From the NCBI GenBank assembly GCA_000934665.2, contig KZ539093.1:1-34286 (forward strand): a stretch of DNA of 34,286 nt. The letters are read 5' to 3'. The notes under the pieces were generated by a model. It saw only the letters and a list, made by a program, of their open reading frames with translations, was not told the DNA's origin and made no database searches. This DNA is from Catajapyx aquilonaris (Eukaryota). The first letter of the stretch is position 1. Each line of letters begins with the position of its first letter. Made by a program: the position numbers and the translations under genes. This document shows positions 1-9,014 of this stretch, one piece after another.

Positions 1-165
1 CATTCGGGAGTAATTTACGCCGTCGTAAAATTTTAAGTCATGTCGTAACAAGCACCAAAAAATGCGGAAATATGAGGTGCTCCGGACCCGTTAAGCCAAT
101 TTTTACATATAGCTGTAACCTTTCGGCAAATAATAATTTTGTCAAAATTTGACTGATTTGAGAAC

Positions 166-320
166 TACACTCTTAACCATTTACCTTCTGTACATAAGGT
201 AAAAAAGAGGCCCTTTTTACCCTATATTGTGTAAGGTAAAACATGCAAAAATTTACCTTATAATAAATTTACCCAATAATAATTTACCCTATAATGTAAG
301 GTAAAAATGTGTGGTAAAAT
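166..320. repeat. Degraded MITE-like remnant rich in TTTACC/GGTAAA motifs
   Basis: Starts TACACTCTTAA and is followed by many TTTACC(T/C) and (A)GGTAAA motifs in both orientations. No matching right terminus was found. Confidence 0.3.
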
Positions 321-387
321 TAAGAACACACATTACACAGACACTAAAATGCTCTTTGGATCACTTCCTCGGTTTTATTGGTATGTA

Positions 388-790
388 CAGTACCCTGCAT
401 TAATGGCCATGCACAGACACCGCCATCTGGCGGGAACGAGCGGAAGTAGATGAAGTTGGTTGCGTCCAAAATACTTGGGACAGCTCAAGGCTTCTCACGA
501 GTCCGCTCAAGGCTGCTCAAGACATCGCGGTGGATTAACAGGCATTCACGTGGTACGTGTAATAACTGGTTCACAACCTCAATACATTGATAGGAATCGC
601 AATGGCCTTATAATATTCATCCCACAGATATATCTGTGATCCGCTGTGATCCATCTTTGTAGGAAGCGTTTGAATCAACCGCGATATTTTGAGCTGTCCA
701 AGTATTTTGGACGCAGTCCACCGGCGCCTAATTCCGCTCGTTCTTGGACAGGTGGCGATGTCTGTGTATGGCCATTAATGCAGGGTACTG
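388..790. mobile_element. MITE with long imperfect TIRs (CAGT...ACTG ends, Tc1/pogo-like)
   Basis: The 23-bp termini CAGTACCCTGCATTAATGGCCAT (388) and ATGGCCATTAATGCAGGGTACTG (ends 790) are exact inverted repeats. Inverted similarity continues inward for about 100 bp (TGCGTCCAAAATACTTGG / CCAAGTATTTTGGACGCA). GTA flanks both sides. Confidence 0.85.
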
Positions 791-1086
791 GTACTTTCTA
801 TACATGTTGGTTTCCATTATGATGCACATATGACTTCAAAATTAATCTGCATACATATTTTAACCGTTAAGTGGTATCATGGGGTCTTTTTTGACCCCAA
901 GCTTATGAGAATTGACAGTGTCAAGTTGCTGATTAATTAAACCCCAAATGCCTTTGTGTATTCCTCAAACATGCAAGGGCTATAATACAATAGTGGCAAC
1001 ACATCTCTAGAAAATCGTGAAATGTAGGATGTTTACACCGCTTATGTCACAGATAGCTAGGTTGGGTCTTGATCTAACCTCAGGAC

Positions 1087-2360
1087 TAGGGTGTAGCGAA
1101 AAAAACGAAAGTTGTCCGATTAAATCGCACGGGGTGTCAAAAGTTGTGTATTGACAGTTACAACACGGGTGATTTTTTTATACGCCAGAGCCTTCAAGTT
1201 TGGCAATTTTTGCGAGAACAACACATTACATTATGCAACACGATTTTCGTCCATGGAAATTCATCGCAATGTCCATGTTGGTTAGATCACTGCTAACTCA
1301 TAATTGACCATTCATTTTGTCTGGGATTTGTTTTTGACCTTGGGGTATTTGCAGTCAAAAAACCAAATTCCTCGAAATAGTGCATATGGGTCATTCCGAA
1401 TCAAGTGAGCCGAACTGTTGCTAGACCATCTCGGAATTTGCTGAAAAATATCATCGCTGTACATGACTATGCCCTCACGTCATGTCAAGTTTCAACCAAA
1501 TCACGCCTACCAAACCTACCATTGGGAGGGAAAAAATCGCAAATTTTACGAAAATAGTGAAAATCAATTTTTTCGGTTTGTGGAAGTGGTCAAACCCCAA
1601 TACGCAATACATCAAATGAAAGAGGATCACGAAGGGAATGCGTCTATGCAATTAGTTTTCCCCTAAAGTGTAACAAGAAAAATGTGCGTGGCATTCCATC
1701 GGTCACGGGCTCGGTCACATGTCCAAGAATTGCGAAATTTTCTGGTTACATTTGAGAGGAGAACTAATTCGATAGAGGAATCCCCCCCCCCGTGATCCTG
1801 TTTCATTTAATGTATTGCTTATTAGTGTGTAACCACTTCCACTAACCGAAAAAAATGTCCAAAATGGCCTGATTTTCACTGTTTCCCTAAGTTTCGCGAT
1901 TTTTCCCCTCCCAACGGTATTGCGTAATTTGGCTGAAACTTGACATGACGTGTTATGGCATAGTCATGTACAGCGGTGATATTTTTCAGCAAATTTCGAG
2001 ATGGTCTAACAACATTTCGGCCTACTTGATTCGGAATGACCCGTATGCACTATTTCGAGGCATTTGGTTTTTTGACTGCAACTGACCCAAGGTCAAAAAC
2101 AAATATCAGACAAAATGAATGCGCAATTATGAGTTACCAGTGACCTTCAGAAGCAACATGGAAATAGCGATGAATTTCCATGGTTGCATAATGTAATATG
2201 TGTTGTTCTCGCAAAAATTGCCAAACCTGAAGGCTCTGGCGACAAATGAAGATGACGTACGAAAATTCTAAAACATCACCAGTGTTATACATGTCCATAC
2301 ACAACTTTTGACACCCCGTGCGATTTAATCGGACAACTTTGGTTTTTTCGCTCCACCCTA
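1087..2360. mobile_element. hAT-type palindromic non-autonomous DNA transposon carrying a nested element
   Basis: Termini are TAGGGTGTAGCGAAAAA... and ...TTTTTCGCTCCACCCTA, with a perfect 8-bp TSD CTCAGGAC at 1079-1086 and 2361-2368. Arms 1087-1387 and 2043-2360 are reverse complements with scattered mismatches. An 8-bp TSD with YAGGG ends is a hAT hallmark. Confidence 0.9.
1388..2042. mobile_element. Nested long-TIR MITE, Sola2-like (GRG terminus, 4-bp TSD)
   Basis: Termini are GGGTCATTCCGAATCAAGT and ACTTGATTCGGAATGACCC, flanked by ATAT (1384-1387) and GTAT (2043-2046). The inverted arms are about 290 bp. A similar terminus, also preceded by ATAT, occurs independently at 23931 (GAGGCATTCCACGTCAAG). 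Confidence 0.65.
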
Positions 2361-2787
2361 CTCAGGACATAATGGGATCGTCCCGCCTCAATATGTGCAT
2401 GCGCAGTAAAAACGCAGTAGTAACATGAGCTGTTGTGATCAACCGGTCTAAAGGTGATGTTTTCCAAATTTGAGCAAACGTGCTGTTTAAATTGAAAATT
2501 TGTCATGAAGGGCTTTGACAGGCTTGTGGAGAACATGCATTGTCATACAGGACAGTTGCAAGGTGAGCAAAAGCCTTCCGTCAGGGAAGGCAAAACGTGA
2601 CATATGAGCCCCATCCAAATGCAAGTGAGGGACAAGTGGCTGCTGCTTCTGTATTGATGGAGAACAAGCGGAGGAAGACAGTTCGTGAGTTAGGCCACAG
2701 GCTTGTCGAGTATGACTATCCTGAACATTCTCAAGAAACGTCTGGGTATGACTATCTTAGACCTTCTTTGCGCTTTATACTGCTCTA

Positions 2788-3684
2788 CTCGCTTTGCGAG
2801 GCGGGGGGGCTCCGCCCCCCCCACACCCCCCTTTGGGGCTGCGCCCCAATTGGCGCGCCTTCGGCGCTACGCGTTCCCGCCCGGGCCTACCCGGCACCGC
2901 TAGAGAGCTGGCAACAATAACCTGGAGTATGTCGTCAACGGAGTCAACAATGAAGCATGACAAATACCACACCTGCAACAATCAGCCAACCCACAGCCAA
3001 TCCAGCCAATCAACCAACAACAATGAGTGCGCCCGATTTGCGCGCCTTCGGCGCGAATTGGTCCGGCGCAAGTGCAGCCGGCCGCCCCACACTTCCTCCG
3101 ACACTCTCCGACCCGAACACAGCAAGTCTCGTTACGCAAAAATTGGTCGGAGCGAGGTGGTATCCGTTTACAGAACCCGTGACGTCACTACTGAAGGTGT
3201 GGAGTATAATCTGAATGCGCCCTAGCTGACGTATCGTGAAAAGGCAACATGACGCAATAACAGATGACGTGGTGGCGGCGGTGGGTAGGGGAGGAGGATT
3301 CGAGGGGCCCCCCGTGGGAGGTAGTGGGTGGTGCTGGTGCAGGCGATGGTGGCTCTCGTCTGTTGGCCGCCTGGGGCAACTATCTGAACCCGTATTATTT
3401 TAAAAAGGCTAGGTGGGATTAGAGTGAGCTGTCAGCGGGTGATGGATGGAGCTATTGTTCTCGGGAAGTTTGCGGATACATTAATTTCGCGATCTCGGGT
3501 TTGCGTCTACATTTAATTTGGCGATCTCGAAAACGGCTGGGAATTTGGCGATTATGAGGATTTTTGGAATCGGTATATCGTCGGCTAGAAATGCAACGGC
3601 GCAAGTCCGAGGTCTCTGCGATGCCGGGAAGTGCGAAATCTTTTTCATCCTATATCCTCGGATTGGGGCTTTATATATATTAGA
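2788..3684 (-). mobile_element. Non-autonomous Helitron-like element, unit 1 of tandem array (897 bp)
   Basis: On the minus strand it begins TCTAATATATATAAAGCCCC and ends with the GC-rich hairpin GGGGGGGC-GGA-GCCCCCCC followed by GCCTCGCAAAGCGAG and a flanking T (2787). It has no TIR and no TSD. Confidence 0.8.
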
Positions 3685-4580
3685 CTCGCTTTGCGAGGCG
3701 GGGGGGCTCCGCCCCCCCACACCCCCCTTTGGGGCTGCGCCCCAATTGGCGCGCCTTCGGCGCTACGCGTTCCCGCCCGGGCCTACCCGGCACCGCTAGA
3801 GAGCTGGCAACAATAACCTGGAGTATGTCGTCAACGGAGTCAACAATGAAGCATGACAAATACCACACCTGCAACAATCAGCCAACCCACAGCCAATCCA
3901 GCCAATCAACCAACAACAATGAGTGCGCCCGATTTGCGCGCCTTCGGCGCGAATTGGTCCGGCGCAAGTGCAGCCGGCCGCCCCACACTTCCTCCGACAC
4001 TCTCCGACCCGAACACAGCAAGTCTCGTTACGCAAAAATTGGTCGGAGCGAGGTGGTATCCGTTTACAGAACCCGTGACGTCACTACTGAAGGTGTGGAG
4101 TATAATCTGAATGCGCCCTAGCTGACGTATCGTGAAAAGGCAACATGACGCAATAACAGATGACGTGGTGGCGGCGGTGGGTAGGGGAGGAGGATTCGAG
4201 GGGCCCCCCGTGGGAGGTAGTGGGTGGTGCTGGTGCAGGCGATGGTGGCTCTCGTCTGTTGGCCGCCTGGGGCAACTATCTGAACCCGTATTATTTTAAA
4301 AAGGCTAGGTGGGATTAGAGTGAGCTGTCAGCGGGTGATGGATGGAGCTATTGTTCTCGGGAAGTTTGCGGATACATTAATTTCGCGATCTCGGGTTTGC
4401 GTCTACATTTAATTTGGCGATCTCGAAAACGGCTGGGAATTTGGCGATTATGAGGATTTTTGGAATCGGTATATCGTCGGCTAGAAATCCAACGGCGCAA
4501 GTCCGAGGTCTCTGCGATGCCGGGAAGTGCGAAATCTTTTTCATCCTATATCCTCGGATTGGGGCTTTATATATATTAGA
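3685..4580 (-). mobile_element. Non-autonomous Helitron-like element, unit 2 (896 bp), direct repeat of unit 1
   Basis: By eye it is identical to unit 1 except for one C-run indel and AATGCAAC versus AATCCAAC. The ORF track shows duplicated peptides offset by 896. It joins unit 1 head-to-tail as GCGAG|TCTAAT. Confidence 0.8.
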
Positions 4581-5141
4581 CTCGCTTTGCGAGGCGGGGG
4601 GGCTCCGCCCCCCCACACCCCCCCTTGGGGCTGCGCCCCAATTGGCGCGCCTTCGGCGCTATGCCCGTGTTCCGCCTAATCCATCCGGTTACAGAAATCA
4701 GTGACGTCAACGGTAGCCGTGAGGAGAATGCGAACGTGCCCTCTGTGACGTATCGTTCAAAACAGCGCTTGGGATGACAAAGTGGGACCATCTGTGACGT
4801 ATCATTCTCACGGCAGGTTTGAGTAGTGTAAAGATCCCAGGGGGTGGAAGGGTGGGGGTGGGCCATTGTTCTCCTTCTTTACGACCATCTGTCTGCAAGG
4901 TCGCAAGTCGATCCGAGGCAGTTGGCGGTATACATTAATTTCGCGATCTCGGGTTTGCGTCTACATTTAATTTGGCGATCTCGAAAACGGCTGGGAATTT
5001 TGCGATTATGAGGATTTTTGAAAATAGGAAAGCGGGTGCAAGGAATCCAACGGTGTAAGTCCGAGGTCTGTACGACCTCGGGAAGTGGGAGATCTTTTCC
5101 ATCCTATATCCTCCTCGGATTGGGGCTTTATATATATCAGA
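4581..5141 (-). mobile_element. Non-autonomous Helitron-like element, unit 3 (561 bp, diverged variant)
   Basis: It shares the 3' hairpin block (4581-4661) and the 5' ~210 bp (4930-5141) with units 1 and 2, but the interior is shorter and diverged. The minus-strand start is A|TCTGATATATATAAAGCCCC, which gives an overall A|T target site. Confidence 0.75.
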
Positions 5142-6222
5142 TTTCCCGTGTTACCGTTGGGCGTAGAAAAAAACCGATTGCACATTCGGAATCAGGATTT
5201 TTTCCCCGATTCTTGGGGGCCAACTTGTATTTTGAGTGGAGTGTCCCTTTAACAGAAGTTATTTCGACTTTGATCGTAGCGTGTTTCTGAATATATCCTA
5301 CAATCGTACAGTACTCAATACTCGTACGCTTATCAAGTTAGCATTCCTGTGCTACAGTCTAGTCTCTATACCCACCAAATATGACTCCTAGCTCCCATCT
5401 CTCTTACCTCCCTTTCTTAGGACCTCAACAGGACCTGTGACTTAATGTGCATTATGTACTTGAACAATTTATTGCACATTCCGACGACCAGATTTTACAG
5501 TTTGATTGTTTAATATAATTAGAGCGAGAAACATTTTTTAAAAGGTAATTAAAGAACAAAGGAAACGGCAAATTCTACCACGAAGTTACGCCCTCTTGGA
5601 ATAAGTATATCGTATTATGCAGATAAAATGTACAAATTCTACTTTTTGTATATTTCTAAGGACCCCTGACTTCTTTCTTTCCCTCCCCCTTTTTTGTGTC
5701 TGATTCCTTTTCATTTGCGGAGCCCTCGGCTGGACAGCTTCCAATCTTTCTCCTTTGTATCTTTATTGCCCACAGTAGATGAAAGACAAGGATGGGGCAA
5801 AAAGGGACCCCCTTTTTGGTCGGAGCAAAGCACTAAAAGAAATCGAGATGGGCACTTTGTTATTTGTGTTATGAGGTCAATTATCTTCAATGCCATAACG
5901 GCTCTGATTTAAGGGCAAAACACGTTTTGTGACCTCAAGATTTACTTTACTGTTGGGCTTTAAGACCGGACTTTTGTGATTTCGTATAGACTGTACCATT
6001 CAATTGAACTATCGTGATTAAGTCGTTTCTGTCGGTATAAAACTGGTAATAGACTCTTAAAACGTTCCTTAAATTTCGATAAACTATAACAAAAATGTGC
6101 TGCTTCTTTGCGTTATGCCATTCACATGAGAATAGGCCACTCGATGACCAACATTAAGCTCATACCGGTATGTCTGTGTGTGAAGTTAATATGTTCCTCC
6201 TCCACCCCTTTCTGTATGTCGT

Positions 6223-6974
6223 AAAGGACATTATTGGGCAAATCTTAATTATTGAAGAGTTGCGCCGGTTAGATTTAGCTGAAACTTGGTCAGTTGGTAT
6301 ACATCTTGACCTAAGGGTCAATTGTTCTGAAGTTGTCCGAAGAAAATCTACTGTGCCATTTGGCCGCTAGAGGCTCTCAAAGTCGGACTTTCACGGACAT
6401 TCAGGTGGTTCCTACCATGCTCATGTTCACACATGTCGTATAGTTTCATGAGCTGAGTCGAATGAGCCATGTATCGATTTTTTTTGTGACAAACCATTTG
6501 GCCGCTAGACGCGCAATCGAGTTCAACAACGGATCTTGTAGCCTCGCTACTTGGATTATAAGGGCCGGTTTCACCGAGCTCAGTATATGATAAAACCAGG
6601 GTATTTCTCAAAATCCCTATCTATTTGTATGGATTTTCCTAAAGAAACCTGGTTTTATCATATACCAAGCTCGGTGAAACCGGCCATAAGTGTGACAACA
6701 ATAACTGCCGAATGGTTTGTCACAGAAAATCTTCACATGGCTCATTAGACTCAGCTCATGAAACTCTACAACATTTGTGAACATCAGCCTGATAGGAACC
6801 ACCTGAAATAACTTTCCTCCTATTTGAGCGCCTCTAGCGGCCAAACGGCACAGTAGATTTTCTTTGGCCTTCAGAACAATAAATTGACCCTTAGGTCAAG
6901 GTCAATCAACTGACCAAGTTTCAGCCAAATACAACCGGAGCAACTTTTCTCATAAGATTTGTCTCATATCCTTT
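6223..6974. mobile_element. Old palindromic MITE (AGG...CCT ends, possibly Kolobok-type)
   Basis: Arms ~6223-6503 and ~6707-6974 are reverse complements, e.g. CTTGACCTAAGGGTCAATT / AATTGACCCTTAGGTCAAG and TTTCATGAGCTGAGTC / GACTCAGCTCATGAAA. The termini are degraded and the TTAA TSD is not intact. Confidence 0.8.
6562..6686. mobile_element. PIF/Harbinger (Tourist-like) MITE nested in the spacer of the previous element
   Basis: TIRs are GGGCCGGTTTCACCGAGCT..GTATATGATAAAACCAGG and CCTGGTTTTATCATATAC..AGCTCGGTGAAACCGGCC. A 3-bp TAA TSD lies at 6559-6561 and 6687-6689. Confidence 0.85.
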
Positions 6975-7999
6975 CCAAAATACGTATGACTCATATACGA
7001 GCAAGAGAATGCAGCACATTCAAATTTTTATTGAACGTAGGATCTCGTTATTCATGGTGGAACAGAACAACCGGTCATCCAGCCACCTGTGATCAGGATT
7101 TCCAAAAACAAGTCTAAAATGTAGGGGTGAGAAATACCAACAGGTAACGACGTATAGCCGACGAATGAATGTTGCGGTGACCGTTAGAAAACATGGCGAT
7201 CCCCATCCTGAAACACTTGCACAGAAACGATCAAGATCATAGAGTTTCGTCGTCTACATCGTTAAGTGTTGGTTTCTGGACATTTCTCATCCCTGTACTT
7301 GATTAGCCTTGCATTGGGCCAATCTAGTTGAATGACATGGAGTTATGTCTCACCCTGCATAAACAGAGCAGTGCATATCAGGAAGGATACTCATCTATTG
7401 TATTATATTGTCACGAATGTCAAGTATTTCTTCCGTTATTATGACTCATATCTGTGTAATTATACTGTTAGAGGCAAAGTAGGCTGCAAATCCTGACAAA
7501 CGTGATAAAGTTTTGCGCCATTCTTTATCAGCGACATTCGGCGCTTTGCCAAATCCATGTAAATTGCTGTAACTCGAGTATAACATGAGTGCTAATTTGC
7601 TGCGAACAAGCAGGGCCAATACTAAATCTTTTAAGCATATATCGACATTAATGAACGTCTGACACACGTTAAAATGCCATTAAAATGCACTGAGTATGAC
7701 CCAGGCTTCTGGCAATTGGTAAAACCCATATCTAATACGAAAATATATATTATGTCGAGATTATGTTATTTTCTCAACGTATAGGTTCTTACGGACATCA
7801 CTGGTAACTATGCCTTACACTCTGTGTTGATTACTAGCGTTCCTAAAACCAAGACCACTCTACGTTTAAAAAAGTTGCCTACACAATATATTTGGGTCAA
7901 ATTCCGTACTATTTTGGAACGATTGGGATTCAAAAACCCAAACGCAAAATATTCGGTAGATCAAATCAACCCATATACGTTTGGGTTAAAGTTCCTACC

Positions 8000-8147
8000 C
8001 AAGGGTTAACCACTCAACTGTAAAGTGTACACTGGAGTACCAAATTTAAAGAGAACCAAGGAGTACCAAAGAGTAAGGTATACATAAGGAGTACCTGGGA
8101 GTACCACTTCAGGTGTACACCAGAGTACTGAAGTGGTTAACTCCTTG
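8000..8147 (+). mobile_element. Short TIR element with internal GGAGTACC repeats, copy 1
   Basis: Termini are CAAGGGTTAACCACT and AGTGGTTAACTCCTTG. A 9-bp direct repeat GTTCCTACC flanks it at 7991-7999 and 8148-8156. It is homologous to 15860-16029 in the opposite orientation. Confidence 0.8.
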
Positions 8148-8345
8148 GTTCCTACCCAATGGCAAGTGTTTGGTTGACCCTAGCAGGGGTATATAGTGAC
8201 CCAAAAGCTGGGCAGTGTTTGAATCCTCGATTTTTGGTTATGTAAATCCAACAATCATGTACTGTAATACTGTAGTGTATGGTAAAAGATTTAGTTTCAA
8301 ACAATGCAGAAAAATGTTAGCTACAGTATTAACTAGCAGCGGCCT

Positions 8346-8457
8346 GTTTCCATGGTAATGTAATCAACAACAATCAATCATCGTTGATACCATGGCACCA
8401 TTGATATTGTTGAATGTCATTGTTACCATGGTATTGTGTTGATGTTACCATGGAAAC
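8346..8457. repeat. Small quasi-palindrome with four CCATGG-centred (RFX X-box-like) motifs
   Basis: Motifs are GTTTCCATGGTAAT (8346), GATACCATGGCACC, GTTACCATGGTATT and GTTACCATGGAAAC (8444-8457). The outer two are inverted copies of each other. Confidence 0.55.
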
Positions 8458-8861
8458 AATAATAACCATCGGAATCTTGTAGAACATTTCCTCACCATAC
8501 ACCTCACTTGGCATGCCGTATTCCTCCATCGCTGTTGTCTTCAAACGGAAGAAAAACATTGTCAACACTGAATTTTGGTCCTCACTGCCAGGAGGTTGGC
8601 AGTGAGCACTTTCGGTGGCACTTTCGGTGTCACTGTCGCAGCTTCATATTTTAGAATATTCAAACAAAAATTGGTGATCTAATACTGTACTTCAAGCCAT
8701 TCTCAACATGATGCCACTCACGAAAAATCATGAACTAATTCTCTTTACCACATACAAAATCAGTCCCAATTAGTTTTGACTCGCCCTCGTACAATAAAAT
8801 AAACTACGACCCATACCCTGCATTGCGAGTCATTTACTACCTGCACGTCGTAGTTCTTGGT

Positions 8862-9014
8862 GTATAAGTCGAAGTTTCTTATAAGTCGAAGAAAATGATG
8901 AGCTTGGTTGGTCACAATGTAAAATAATAGGAAATAAACTTCCCTAACTCGAATTTCTGTAACTCGAAGTTATTTTCCTGTCCCATGGAGATTCGAATTA
9001 TAGAAGTTTTACTG
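8862..9014. mobile_element. Partial pogo/Tigger-like MITE (one terminus only)
   Basis: The right end reads TTCGAATTATAGAAGTTTTACTG|TA, and TATAAGTCGAAG and TAACTCGAA subterminal motifs are repeated. The left terminus was not found. Confidence 0.45.

Noticed and set aside
860..1080. Possible piggyBac-like element (TTAA|CC..., GGGGTCTTTTTTGACCCC) hosting the hAT insertion
   Set aside because: The putative right end after 2368 matches only weakly and lacks TTAA.
2876..2903. Plus-strand hairpin + CTAG suggesting the opposite Helitron orientation
   Set aside because: It is internal to the unit, followed by A rather than T, and absent from unit 3. The array boundaries fit the minus-strand reading.
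2597..5290. Many overlapping ORFs, duplicated at an 896-bp offset
   Set aside because: They are by-products of the GC-rich tandem element and show no Rep (HUH) or helicase motifs.
8480..8650. Possible small minus-strand exons (pyrimidine tract + AG near 8540, GT donors near 8500)
   Set aside because: Splice-like signals are common by chance, and there is no recognisable peptide or partner exon. RNA-seq would be needed.
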